Positions 26,501-39,610 of a DNA stretch of 64,000 nucleotides are shown in pieces (within the stretch, counting starts at the first letter, position 1; the number at the start of each line of letters is the position of its first letter). Source of the DNA: Eledone cirrhosa. Lineage: Eukaryota. The notes below the pieces were generated by a model that worked only from the letters and a program-made list of their open reading frames with translations, was not told where the DNA came from and searched no databases. A program made the translations under genes and the position numbers. The stretch lies in the NCBI GenBank assembly GCA_964016885.1, contig OZ024742.1, positions 72,168,001-72,232,000 on the forward strand, read 5' to 3'.

Positions 26501-26844
26501 GTACGTGGGACCCCATTTTCTCACTAAACAGAGAGATGGGGAGGCGATGATGTTTGGACACATTGCACCTGTCATGAGCACATTATAGCAGTATAATATA
26601 TATATATATTGTATATATGCCCCACCAAAATCACTGTCAGCCATATACTTACTCTTTAATGAATGAATAAATTAATTATTCACTCTTCAAACTTTTTTCA
26701 TTACATCGCAAGACTAACAAAATAGGGCTTTCAATTTGTCGGAAAGTTTGTATATAAAACATTCCTTAATTCTTTATTGAAGTGAAAATATTTCTTTATT
26801 TCTCGTTTCAGTTTTATTTTGAAACAGTATTAACAGTATTATTA

Positions 26845-27030
26845 TGTGGATTGGCAGTATCGGTAGAGGGTCGGACACCATGCTTTGACGCATAGAGTTA
26901 CGGCCCTTGCCATTCTGAGTTCAAATCCCGCCGAGGTTAACTTTGCCATTCATCTTTACGGGGTCGATAAAATAAAGTACCAGTAATGTACTGGGTAATT
27001 GCTGGCCTTGTGCTAAAAGTAGAAACAATT
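26845..27030 (+). mobile_element. Full-length copy of the dominant tRNA-derived SINE (central domain resembles the Meta/Sauria-type domain)
   Basis: TGGCAGTATCGG A box, GAGTTCAAATCCC B box, GTTAACTTTGCCATTCATCTTTACGGGGTCGATAAAATAAAGTACCAG; domain assignment is from recall. Confidence 0.8.
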
Positions 27031-27196
27031 ATTACTTTCAATAAGGTTGATCCTTTGTTTTTATATTTACTATATTATTTTACTGGACAAAATATATTTT
27101 ATATTTAGACAAAATATTTGTCAACATAACCGCCATCATAATATTACAAATAAAAAAGAGAAAAACAAAGAAAAGGCAAAGGAAAGATAAAAAGTA

Positions 27197-28555
27197 CACA
27201 AGCATGTAATACACACATCTAAGACCACATACAATACACAAGCAGGTAATACACACATTTAAGACTACATACAACACACAAGCAGGTAATACACACATCT
27301 AGGGCCACACACAACACACAAGCAGGTAATACACACATTTAAGACTACATACAACACACAAGCAGGTAATACACACATCTAGGGCCACATACAACACACA
27401 AGCAGGTAATACACACATTTAAGACTACATACAACACACAAGCAGGTAATACACACATCTAGGGCCACATACAACACACAAGCAGGTAATACACACATCT
27501 AGGACCACATACAACACACAAGCAGGTAATACACACATCTAAGACTGCATACAACACACAAGCAGGTAATACACACATCTAGGGCCACATACAACACACA
27601 AGCAGGTAATACACACATCTAGGACCACATACAACACACAAGCAGGTAATACACACATCTAGGACCACATACAACACACAAGCAGGTAATACACACATCT
27701 AGGACCACATACAACACACAAGCAGGTAATACACACATCTAAGACTGCATACAACACACAAGCAGGTAATACACACATCTAGGACCACATACAACACACA
27801 AGCAGGTAATACACACATCTAAGACTGCATACAACACACAAGCAGGTAATACACACATCTAAGGCCACATACAACACACAAGCAGGTAATACACACATCT
27901 AGGACCACATACAACACACAAGCAGGTAATACACACATCTAGGACCACATACAACACACAAGCAGGTAATACACACATCTAAGACTGCATACAACACACA
28001 AGCAGGTAATACACACATCTAGGACCACATACAACACACAAGCAGGTAATACACACATCTAAGACTGCATACAACACACAAGCAGGTAATACACACATCT
28101 AAGGTCACATACAACACACAAGCAGGTAATACACACATCTAGGACCACATACAACACACAAGCAGGTAATACACACATCTAGGGCCACATACAACACACA
28201 AGCAGGTAATACACACATCTAGGACCACATACAACACACAAGCAGGTAATACACACATCTAGGACCACATACAACACACAAGCAGGTAATACACACATCT
28301 ATGACCACATACAACACACAAGCAGGTAATACACACATCTAGGACCACATACAACACACAAGCAGGTAATACACACATCTAGGACCACATACAACACACA
28401 AGCAGGTAATACACACATCTAAGACTGCATACAACACACAAGCAGGTAATACACACATCTAAGGCCACATACAACACACAAGCAGGTAATACACACATCT
28501 AGGACCACATACAACACACAAGCAGGTAATACACACATCTAAGACTGCATACAAC
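27197..28555. repeat. 40-bp minisatellite, ~34 units
   Basis: AGCAGGTAATACACACATCT-AGGACCACAT-ACAACACACA with one variable 10-nt block. Confidence 0.97.
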
Positions 28556-29239
28556 AAAAGGTAGGCGAAAGTGATGGACAAACGAACCGCTGCCAGAACA
28601 AAAGATAGTACCACAAGGAGCACTGGAAAACCTCTCTAATAATTGTTGAGGCAAGCCAGCACACCTGCAGCATTACCTCGGGTGATGGCGAAGCTGAGGC
28701 GCTGAAAATTACAAACACAAATACATTATCTATCAAACTTCAACACATACAAATATATTTCTATTACTTAATTACATAAATATTTCACATTAAAATATAG
28801 AATCAAAATTAAAGAAAATATTAATTCAACACATGTGTGCCAATCAGTCACAGACCACAAGGGGTGCCGGAGCCTGTAATATTTTTTGAGGGAAGCCAAC
28901 ACGGTAGCATTACAGTGGGTGATAGAGTCACTAAGACGTCAAACCTCACATCAGCTACAGATGTATAGAAATGGTGTATATACTGTATGTAGCTTTTATT
29001 TACAAATGTAGAATAATTATTTACAACAGTAGAATAACATTGCAAATATGTTTTAAATGATTGTGAATACTGGCCACTGCAATTAGCATAACCATTGTAG
29101 ACGATAAATGTCCATGCGGATACATGATAACTATATATATTTTTCGCAAAAGGATACTATATATATATTTGTATATATATACAGAAATAACATTGCAAAT
29201 GCGTAAATAACATAAATTTCTCACAATTTGTTCAGAAGG

Positions 29240-29520
29240 ACCATTTTTCAGCCTGTGGCTTTCGAGACGTTTGGGGGAGTCGGGCCGCTGACTGCGAGGT
29301 TCCTCTCTTCTCTAGCGGCTCGCCTAATAGAGGTAACTGGCGAATCTCGTGAGAGCGCTTGGTTGTTCCAGCACATTAGCGTTGCCATCACCCAAGGCAA
29401 TGCTGTGAGTGTGCTGGCTTGCCTCAAATATCATTAGAGAGGTTGCCCGGTACTCCTCGCGACGCTGCTGTCTTTTGCTCTGGTGTTGGCTCGGTTGTTC
29501 ACCCCTTCTTTTACATTTTC
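29240..29520 (+). mobile_element. CRE-like 3' end
   Basis: FQPVAFETFGGVGP...WLFQHISVAITQGNA plus shared UTR. Confidence 0.8.
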
Positions 29521-29789
29521 TTTAATATTGCAACATTAAAAGAATATATCCTTCACTTTATCTCTAATCTTAATCTTAACTTGAACCCAATCCCAAATCT
29601 AACCCTATCTCTAGCCCTATGCAATAAATCATTACAAATATAATGTCTAAACCGTGTATAATAACACAATAATATAATTTCATTGAACAAAAATGATAAA
29701 GGAAAGAAAAAAGGGGAGGGACAATTCACCCCCAAGTGTGATAATCTGCCGCACCTCACACCTCACACCTTAGGGGTTAACTATACACT

Positions 29790-30290
29790 TTGAGACAAGC
29801 CAACACGCTTGCAGTATTAGCACGGGTGATGGCGAAACTAAGGCGCTGGAACAACTAAGCACCCTTCACGGGCATCATCTGACACCTCAGTCAGGCCGAG
29901 TGATAGCGAGACTAAGGTGCTGAAATAACCAAGCACCCTCGCGGGCATCACTTGACACCACAGTAAGGCGAGCCGCCAGTGAAGACAAGAACTTCGCCGT
30001 CAGCGGCCCAACTCCACCGAATGTCTCGAACGCCATAGGCTGGAAAAAATAATTATTTGATAAGTTCTGGTATTTCCGAATTTTATTTTGTTCGGCAACA
30101 GAAGCAGTGACCCCCACATTCATGATATAGGATGGGGCAATAGAGTCACTGATTGTGACAGCCCAGATGAGACACATACTTCTTACCTAGGGACAAAGAG
30201 TAAGACCGTCTGGTTTCTTCCCATCACTTCTGGATAAACTAGCCGGATCCAGAACTGTGGGGATATTTACCCGAGCCAGGTCCCGTTAAC
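29790..30290 (-). mobile_element. CRE-like 3' fragment with a ~70-bp internal tandem duplication
   Basis: DGKKPDGLTL, LIWAVTISD, AEQNKIRKY, FETFGGVGP. Confidence 0.8.
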
Positions 30291-30303
30291 AGTGTAAATA
30301 TTA

Positions 30304-30965
30304 TCTATATATATAAAACTGAGGATGTCTGTGTGTGTGTCTATGGGTTTGAATCCCTAAAACTCAAGAAGTACCCAACCGATTTTTTTCAAACTTTACA
30401 TGTGTATTACTTATGTTTCAGGGAGTGTTATACACATTAAAAAAATCCGCATTAGGTGAAAAACTGTGTAACATTCCATATTTAAGTATGTGCACTATCA
30501 TATACACCTAACAACTGAGATCTCATTCAACAAGAAAGACGGTTTCATTTGTACATCCCTATTTATTTTGTTACATGTATTTCGAAGACCTATGGCAGTT
30601 GTATAATATCTGGCATATGTGTTCTGTTCAGACCACAATCCAAACGAGATGTAAATATCCATTGATATGTTACCGGTTATATATATATGTTTACTGGTCG
30701 GCGAAAGGAATAATACGTATGACTAGTAACATATCAATGGATATTTACATCTCGTTTGGATTGTGGTCTGAACAGAACGCGTATGCCAGATGTTATACAA
30801 CTGCCATACATCTTTGAAATACGTAAAACAAAATAAATAGGGATGTACAAATGAAACAGTCTTTCTTGTTTATTATTATGATAAAACTCCGGATGAACAA
30901 AAATCGTGGAGTGCTTTACATCTGTTAAAAAAAATCGGCAGATTTTCAAGCAACCAACTTTCTTC
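30304..30965 (+). mobile_element. Helitron 5' part containing a 145-bp-arm palindrome
   Basis: Starts TCTATATATATAAAACTGAGG like the element at 46364; 3' CTAG end not found. Confidence 0.6.
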
Positions 30966-30989
30966 AATTGAATATATATATAAATATAA

Positions 30990-31077
<88 letters not shown>

Positions 31078-31339
31078 AGATCGGAGGCCATATTCAGTTA
31101 GTTCAGGTTTATTTAAAACTGTTATACATATTTCACTGAGGACTATCAGTTAAGATAGCCTGAGCTTTTCAGACGGCAAAACCTAAAATAAACATTGAAA
31201 GTTCCTAAGAAACCATTTATGCAGGTCGTTGAGCGCTTTTTATCTGCTTCACAAACAACAGACCATAATGTGGTCTGCACATCTCTGTTTGGCTAACCCC
31301 ATACTCTAATATATATATATATATATAATTACAACAGTG

Positions 31340-32075
31340 ACATAAACAAGTACTTAAGTTTCGTTGGGTTTTGGACCCCAACTCATTCAGCCTGTCATAA
31401 GAAAAATAAAAATAAAGATAGCCGCCTGGGGTTGATGGTGATTTGCTTTCAGAAATCTATCATAAGAGTTTAAACAAAGGTAGGTAATTTGGAAATTAGT
31501 TAAGAACAGTTATTTAATTTAGAAGGGAGGTAACTCTTGCAAGACCACAGTCAAGATAGCTGGAAAAAATTATTTTTCTATTTTTCTTCAGACTCAAAGA
31601 ATCCAATTTCCTTGATATACAAAATAGTCAGTAAATCAAAGTATACTTCTAAACCAGTAAGTCAGATCTAACCTATTTACTCAGAATATACATCTTTTCA
31701 TAAGGACAGCAGCCGAAGCAATCAAGCCATGTGTTGAGGTAGTGTTTATCTGAAGCTAGCTGTGAAAGTATATACCACTTTTCCGAATTACAAAGGCGAC
31801 AAAATTTCGACCCATTCACATAGGCAGTAGATCTTTCTGATATCCTCCATTTGATGGAAAAAGATGTGCTGTTACTCTTAAGGCTCCATACATGATTTGT
31901 GAGCTGTTTGACATGTTTTTGTCGGGATATCTGAAGGTTGTTTCATGATTCAGGCATTGGTTTTTAAACTGATTTTCGGACATAGCAACATAGGTCCAGG
32001 CTTCAGTTTGGTGGTTCTGGTTGGTGGAGGTAATATCTGCTTGCTATATCACCACTGGAGTGTTACACTAGACCA
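31340..32075 (-). mobile_element. Penelope-like element 3' end: GIY-YIG endonuclease relic and terminal region
   Basis: Manual translation TYVAMSENQFKN..NHETTF..HVWSLKSN..SIKWRI..AYVNGSKFCRLCNSEKWYI. Confidence 0.8.
31346..31395 (-). ncRNA. Type I hammerhead ribozyme motif (PLE-associated)
   Basis: ACAGG-CTGAATGA-GTTGGG/CCCAAC-GAAA-CTTAAG-TA-CTTGT; one extra nt in the core. Confidence 0.7.
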
Positions 32076-32081
32076 ACAGTG

Positions 32082-32114
<33 letters not shown>

Positions 32115-32116
<2 letters not shown>

Positions 32117-32820
32117 GCTTGCATGCTCCGCTGGATGTGTAACAGTAATATACGTGAACGGCAAAGCATAAACGAACTAAGGAAAAAATTAGAGATAAGA
32201 GGGATCAGATGTTGTTTACTCGAGAGAAGGCTGCGTTGGTATGGACACGTGATGCGCATGAAAGTCGATAGCTGTATTACAAAGTGCAGGGCAATAAAGA
32301 TAGACGGTAGCCACGGAATAGGCAGACCTAGAAAAACATGGGATGAGCTGATAAACTCCGACCTCACACACTTACACCTCTCCAAGACAATGTCACTGGA
32401 CCGAGACCTTTGGCGGTACTCAGTAACAGAGAAGACCCGCCTTGCCAGTAGGCATCTCTAACAAAATACACCCCGTCCCGCCACCACCCCCACCCCATCC
32501 ACACCACCCCGTTCTATGTAAAGTTATGTTGGTGCCGCGCCATCCAGGCCGAAACAAATGAGATCGTGTAGGTGTCACGACAAAAAAACACACAGTCCAC
32601 GCTGTAATGTGGCCGTGTAGGCAACACGGTAAAAACCTCCCAGACCCACACTGTAAATGTGGTTGGTGTTAGGAAGGGCATCCAACTGTAGAAAACCTGC
32701 CAGACAGTCCTATGCGAGCAAGACAATCACTCTTGCCTCAAGTGGGACTACCCCCGTCCAAACCCATGCAAGCGTGGAACACGGACGTTAAACGTTGATG
32801 ATGATGATGATGATGATGAT
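32115..32820 (+). mobile_element. RTE LINE 3' end
   Basis: MLRWMC, RLRWYGHV, GRPRKTW, UTR, (TGA)n tail. Confidence 0.88.
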
Positions 32821-33259
32821 ATATATATATATGTTATGGAATACTGTTAGCTTCTCGCTACAACAATTTCTATACCTTTCATTTATATATATATATATAT
32901 ATATATAAATATAGATATGTGTATCCCAGGTTCAATCGAGGGTAACACAGTAAGTAAGATACTCAATACATAGCAGAGTATAAATATTTAATATAGAAAT
33001 GGCTTCTACAGGACTAGAGCTGTTTCATTTGAAGGCAATAATCAGGAAAGTGCCATGTCAGTAGGATGCCCCCCCCCCCCCCCCCGCCATTCTTGCTCTT
33101 GTATTGACATGTAAACAGAACTGCAGACACTAATGTTTCTGGGTGATTACCCTTCATCACTACAGTATACTATTTACCTGCCAACTGTCAGGCTTTAAAG
33201 AAGCTGTTTGCATAATTGCAAACGAATTGAATATCATTAATATTCGAAAAACTCAGATT

Positions 33260-33276
33260 ACATTTATATATATATT

Positions 33277-33345
<69 letters not shown>

Positions 33346-33394
33346 ATATATATATGTGTGTGTCTGTGTATATATAGATATATATGTGTGTCTG

Positions 33395-33445
<51 letters not shown>

Positions 33446-33534
33446 GTGCGTGTGTATATATATATGTGTGTGTGTATATATATATATATGTGTGTATATA
33501 TGTAAATATATATGTGTGTGTGTGTATATATATG

Positions 33535-33568
<34 letters not shown>

Positions 33569-33703
33569 AGTATATATATATATGCATATATATATGGGTG
33601 TGTGTATATATATATGTGTGTGTGTGTGTGAGTATATATATGCATATATATATAGGTGTGCTTATATATATATATATGTATATATATAGATATAGATATA
33701 TAT
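33260..33703. repeat. Compound (TA)n/(TG)n microsatellite
   Basis: Directly visible. Confidence 0.95.
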
Positions 33704-33931
33704 TCAAATGTAAGTATGTATGAATGTATACGTACATACATATATGTATACAGACGTACAGTAGTATGATATATATACATACATGCACACATATATATAT
33801 ATGCACGTATCGGTTTACAAAACATTTATTATAATGCTCAGTTTGTTTGTTTGTAAACAAACAAACAAACAGCCCGAATTATGCCGTACAGTGTTTAGGC
33901 AACCACGTCACCTTTTTGTTCAACACTGACA

Positions 33932-33990
33932 CAGGAACGATGTACTAGTTTCAAGCTTATTAGCTATCGTCAGCATCGTATACCTTCCTG
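33932..33990 (-). ncRNA. Minimal type I hammerhead ribozyme motif
   Basis: CAGGA..ACGATG-CTGACGA-TAGCT/AGCTT-GAAA-CTAG-TA-CATCGT-TCCTG, with a palindromic tetranucleotide in place of stem III. Confidence 0.72.
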
Positions 33991-34929
33991 CCAGATGGTT
34001 GAACGTCTGAAAGTATATACTTTCCTTATGCATATTAACGGCTGAGCAGCCCAATTTGCATATCGAGTGAGTTCACTCAGCCGGGCGCACCGAAAACGAT
34101 AAATGGAATAGAATGAAACGAAATTTCATTTCTCACTCTTAGTACGGCACTTACTTAAATGTAAGTATGTATGTATACGTACATACACATATGTATACAG
34201 ACGTACAGTAGTATGTATATACATACATGCACACATATATATATGCACGTATCGGTTTACCGAACATTTATTATAATGCTCGGTTTGTTTGTTTGTAAAC
34301 AAACAAACAGCCCGAATTACACCGTACAGTGTTTAGGCAACCACGTCACCTTTTTGTTCAACACTGACACATTTAAGTAAGTGCCGTACTAAGAGTGAGA
34401 AATGAAATTTCGTTTCATTCTATTTCGATATATATTCATATATATATTATACTTTGTTATACATGCTGCCAATAAAAACATACACACCTGTTGGTTTTTA
34501 CTTCAATTTGTTATAAAATTCCGTTTGGTTTGTTCGATAACCAGATGGTTGTTTATATATTGTCAAAGCTCTTTCTTCACACATTCTGTGACCTCCTCAG
34601 TGACTGGGTTTTTATTTTTTGTCTGTCCTTTGTACTGTCCTACACCATCTTGTATTTGTGTATTAACACACAAAAACAAGATGGTGTAGGAGGGACACAA
34701 ATAAAAATAAAAATCCTAACCAGTACAAAACCCACAACTACAGGTACTTAGAGTTCCCTAAACAGGAAACCTCCTTTTTTAGCCATATTAAATCTGGCAA
34801 AAGAACTATAAAAAACATTCTAACCATCACCCAACACCACCCTCCACTACCACCCCACTGCACAAACTCCCATTGCTGCTATTAACAAACAAACCCCCAA
34901 AACAATTAAAATCAGCCATCACTTGTCCT

Positions 34930-36035
34930 CAACAAAACCCATCTCAATCCGCTCTACTTGGAAGCCGAGGTGAAAGTGAAGTATTTCAAAGCTATCTGTG
35001 CAGATTGCACTGGCAGAAGAAAAGGCGGGACTGCCATTTTTGTACATGATTCTTTTTCGACAGAGGCTAAGAACATATTTTTCAATGGATACTGTGAAGC
35101 AGTCTCTGTGTACAGTAAAACCAACAACTTAATAGTAGTTGGGCTCTATAGACCACCCCAAACGCCTTTACCATGCTTCAAGGAATGCCTTAACAGCATA
35201 AAGTGTTTCATCCAACAGTGTCACCCTGGTAACATCTTAATGATAGGACTTCAACCTCCCCAGTGTTGACTGGTCCACAAACTGTTTGATACCAGGTTTT
35301 TCCACCTCAACCCCTGACAAGGAGGCAGTAGAATCGCTTCTTGACTTCATGGATGAGTTTTTCCTGTCCCAACTCCCAATGACATAATGCAAACTGGGAA
35401 GCGATCAATCATGATCTTGCACATGTTGATTGGTCTTTCACACATTTCTAACATCAAAAAATCCTGGCAGACATTTGTAGACACTGTAACAAATATATGT
35501 ACAAAACATACCCCATTAAGATCTGTAAACAAATCTAAGTGCAGATAAATTTAAATTAATCCACTTTGGAAAAGGGGATGCCCTGAAACTTCCATACTCT
35601 CTTCCTTCAGGTGAAACTCTCATGGCATCCTACAACATCAAACTTGGGAGTAATTGTGGACAACAACATAAGCTGGGCCACTCATATAAACAACAATGTT
35701 GACATGGCCCACAGAATGTGTTCCTGGATTCTCAGAACCTTCCAGTCGAGAGATATCCGCACTATTATCTTTCTCTTCTCTACTTTTGCCTGAGCCCACC
35801 TTGAATACTGTTGTCCACTGTGGTCTCCCCACATGAAACAAAGTATCATGAAAATTGAAGCCCTCAAAGGTCAATCACAAAAAAGATGGATGACAGGCCT
35901 TGACTTTTGGAGCCGACTAGAAAAGCTCAAACTTTATTCTCTCCAACGCCACTGTGAGCGCTACATTATCTGCATGATGTGGAAAATATTCCATCAGTAT
36001 TGCCCAAATAATGTTGGCATTAGCTTTAAGGTACA
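34930..36035 (+). pseudogene. CR1/L2-group LINE fragments (APE and post-RT region)
   Basis: KGGTAIFV, VGLYRPP, DFNLP; NLGVIVDNNISW, WILRTF, LEYCCPLWSP, LKLYSLQR. Confidence 0.75.
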
Positions 36036-37434
36036 CATTTTGATATTATTTATTTTGAGAACAATACATTAACGTTGGTATGAGCAGCCAGTTACGGCCG
36101 GTTTGAACAGAAAGAGGTGAGAGAATTCTGACCAGATATGGCTGGTTTAAATGCTAAAAAAGTTTTCCAAACTTTTCATATTGGCATCAAACTTTTTTAA
36201 AATAAAATTATTTGTAACACATTAAATTTTATTAACAAAGCTAAATATTTAATGTAAAATTATATAAAAGGAAATAATTCAATTTGATAGTTGAGCCGGA
36301 GATGAAGAACACTCTTGGGTATTTAGTGGAGTGTGTGATAAAGATACTCTTGTAAAAGCATATTATATTATTACCATAATAATCATCACTGTTTAACGTC
36401 CATTTTTCCATGCTTGCATGGGTCAGACAGGTCGTCCACATCAAGATATACCTTGCACTGGTGGGACTGTAAATTTGTATTTTACAGCTGGATGCCCTTC
36501 CTAACACCAACCACATTTACAGTGTACCAACATAATATACAAGCACGATATGTCATAATGATATACCAAAATAATATATTAACATCATCTACAAACATGT
36601 TATACTATCAACATGATGTAATATTTTTAAACTTCTGCTATTCAACCATTTTGTGACTGTATTTCTAATGAAAAACATTGCCTATGATTTTTAAATAAAT
36701 TTTAAGATAATCAAGAATTTGGAGGGACAAGTAATATTACTTTCTCATTATAAATTAGATGTTTGGTTCATAATGGTTTTTACATGATGGAAGGTTTTTA
36801 GATAAATATAAACACCTTAAAATAAATAAATTTGTATTTTAGAGCCAGGTGCAGTTTCAGGTAGTTTGGCAGCAAAAGGGTTTATTACAGTTGCAAATCT
36901 AACTTTTAAAAATATATGTAGTTCAAAAGACCAACTAAATGTTTAGTGCTTTTATAGCTATATGTAGATGCTGCTCTAAAACATAAATACAGAAACTTCC
37001 AAATTTACTATCTTTATATATCGTAAATAAATTCCAATTATTTTACATATCAATTTTTCTTCTTCAACCAGTGAAAAAATATTTGTTGAAGATGAAACAA
37101 ATGGATTTCTGATCTAATCATTTTCTTGTATTTGGATATTTGGGAAGTACTCAATTTCTCTTCAAGCAATGTTAAAGATTAAAGGAGTAATATCATATTT
37201 TAAATCATACTTGGTCGTTTTAGAAAACATTTCAACATTTTCCTTTTCAGATTACTATTTTATTTTTCAACTGAGCTTAAGATAATTACTTTCCTGCCTT
37301 ACATGCTGGTGTTTATTTCATTTAAAAGTTTACATATTTCAGCAAGCTAAGGTTTTTTTGTGCACAAAAGTTTTTTTTTTTTTTTAAAATCAAGTCTCAA
37401 AATTCACTCTATTGATTCCCTTGAAAATGTTTAG

Positions 37435-37655
37435 CCCTTTAGCATTTAAACCAGTTGTATCCGGCCAGAATTCTCTCAACTCTTTCTGTTCAAACCAGCT
37501 GTAACTGGCCACTTATACTGATGTTAAGGTATTGTTCTCAAAATAGATAACATCAAAATCTCATAGATTTGTTATTATGTGAGATAATTATGTGAGGTAA
37601 AGCCTTTACTGTAAAAATATAATAGTAAATATAGAGTAATGTAAATGCTAAAGGG
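37435..37655. mobile_element. piggyBac-type MITE
   Basis: TIRs CCCTTTAGCATTTA / TAAATGCTAAAGGG flanked by TTAG and TTAA; partial inverted copy at ~36040-36160. Confidence 0.75.
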
Positions 37656-38194
37656 TTAAACATTATTTTTTCTAAATTTGTAAACATGACAAAGCACACA
37701 ACTTCATAAGAGCCAATAAACTTCAGAGAAGAAAATGTTTTGAAACTTTTCTCCTATCTCTTCACAAGCAAAACACTTTGATTTGAAGAAGTTTGATTTT
37801 AATATAATTGGACACTTTTTACCACTGCTTTTATAGCAACTTTCAATTGAGTTCCAGTTGTTTTGAAATTCATACCTCTTGGTATAAAAATATTTTCATT
37901 ATCCTAACCCATGCTAGCGTGGAAGATGGACGTTAAACGAAGATGATGATGATGATGAAATCGTTTTTTGCCAAAGCTGTGAAGTCTTTTGGGGAAGTCA
38001 TTGAAGATGCACCATTTGTACATTGTCTTACACAATCTACCCATAGTAAATTGTCTAAAATCTAAAATTTGAAATAATTTTCAAACAAATTTTTGACAAT
38101 GCAAGGATTGCTCTAGAATTTTGTTCTTATAAGTAAAAAAACCAAGAGTTGTGTTAACCCACTTACATCTGTTGACTCAAATATTTTTTAGCTT

Positions 38195-38590
38195 CTTCAC
38201 CCACTAATTCCTGAGAGGGTCATGGGGAAGTGTCCTCAAACACTCCTTCCAGTGGGTCCTGTCAGAAGTAACCGCCCCCAAGCATAACCAGCCAAGCTCA
38301 TGGATGTTATCCAACCATCTTGCTCAGAGGTCTACCCCTAAGTCTCTTGCCAGTTGGTTTTGCCCATAAAATCTGTCCAGCGATTATTTCCTGAGACATT
38401 CTAACCACATATCCATAGTATCGGAGATGTTATCTCTCAATTCGGAAAAGTAGCAGCTCTATCTGGAGTGACTCTCTGATCTCCAAGCTACACACTTGAT
38501 AGAGTAACATTACTCCAAAGACCATTTGGAGGTATCCCATTTTAGCCACTTGTATTCGCGATCATATTCTTTCGGTCATTACTCAAGATA
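38195..38590 (-). mobile_element. RTE 3' end (same UTR as 41600-41825 on +)
   Basis: LRYYG, GKRLRGRP and shared 3' UTR. Confidence 0.65.
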
Positions 38591-39124
38591 TGACTAACCC
38601 TTAGCTATGGTCATATCTTTTTATTATTTGCAAAACATAGCTTTTAGTTGCATTTTGATACTTTCAGACAATTTGAATCTGTTATCCAATCTTATTACCT
38701 GCTAAAGGAATTATTTCTAATTTCAAATTCAAGGTGAAGCATTGTTTGAGCTACCAAACAACAAAAATATTTTATAATGGTTTCAGCAATAATATGTGGC
38801 CCCTTATTTTTGGTTACTATTTGAACAACTAAGTAACTTATTTCTTGAACTTTATCTGATGTTTTCAATTGTTGGGAAATACTGTAGATTGCCTCTAAAT
38901 AGATTTCGAAATCACCTTGAAGTGTTTGAATGGCTTTTCTAACAAATGATAATGTTTGGAGGCAAGTATATTTACAAGTATATTTCTACAGACCAAATAT
39001 TGGGGACAAAGATTTCTTTCATCAGAAAATGTAAAACACAGTTTCATATAATCGTCATTGCATAAAGGAGGTTTAGAAAAATGTTCATGCATTTCTTACC
39101 TATTAATATAAAAACTTTAACATT

Positions 39125-39214
39125 TTGTGAAAAATCAACAGAATGTAGTGTTAACATGAAATTACTTAAGAAAGTAATTTCATGTTAACACTACATTCTG
39201 TTGATTTTTCACAA
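39125..39214. repeat. Perfect 43-bp-arm palindrome with 4-nt loop
   Basis: 39125-39167 is the exact reverse complement of 39172-39214. Confidence 0.93.
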
Positions 39215-39297
39215 TTATCTTCAGCAGAATTTCTTTCCTAAAAAAACCCCATCCATTTTACTAAACATGAAGTTATTAACTAAACAAGTAAATTGTC

Positions 39298-39610
39298 ATG
39301 CCACATGTAACCAGCCGCAACCTGGTGCAGTCTGTGACTAACCCAGGTTCTGCTGCATGTCAGGCCGAGGAGGCCAAACTTTTCAAATACCAGTCGCTCT
39401 CTGACAGGTTTGCAGTCGTACGCTTGGCAGTGGAGACTTCTGATGTCCTTGGCCCTAGGGCTACCTCCCTACTCACCACCATAGGCGCTGAGCTGGCCAG
39501 CCGCAGGTGTGAGCCTCGCGAGCTGGAATGGCTTTTCCAACACGTCTCCCTTGCTGTCCTCCGGGGAAACGCCTTCTCCATTCTGTCCACCGGGGCTGTG
39601 GGTGGGGCCA
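39298..39610 (+). mobile_element. CRE-like 3' end, closely similar to 26270-26500
   Basis: AEEAKLFKY, AVETSDVLGP, WLFQHVSLAVLRGNA. Confidence 0.82.

Larger units (their letters stand above)
36890..39095 (-). pseudogene. Ancient hAT (Buster/Charlie-like) transposase relic interrupted by younger insertions
   Basis: DDYMKLCFT..PQYLVC; WVDCVRQCTNGASSM (CTDGAxxM motif); EYFP..IRNPF; TTY. Confidence 0.65.

Noticed and set aside
27197-28555. CRISPR-like array (constant 30 nt plus variable 10 nt)
   Set aside because: The variable blocks are point variants of one sequence and recur; no cas genes; eukaryotic context
33143-33860. Long ORFs rich in Y/I/H/T/C/V
   Set aside because: Translations of dinucleotide microsatellite; the same applies to I/Y/N ORFs in AT satellite
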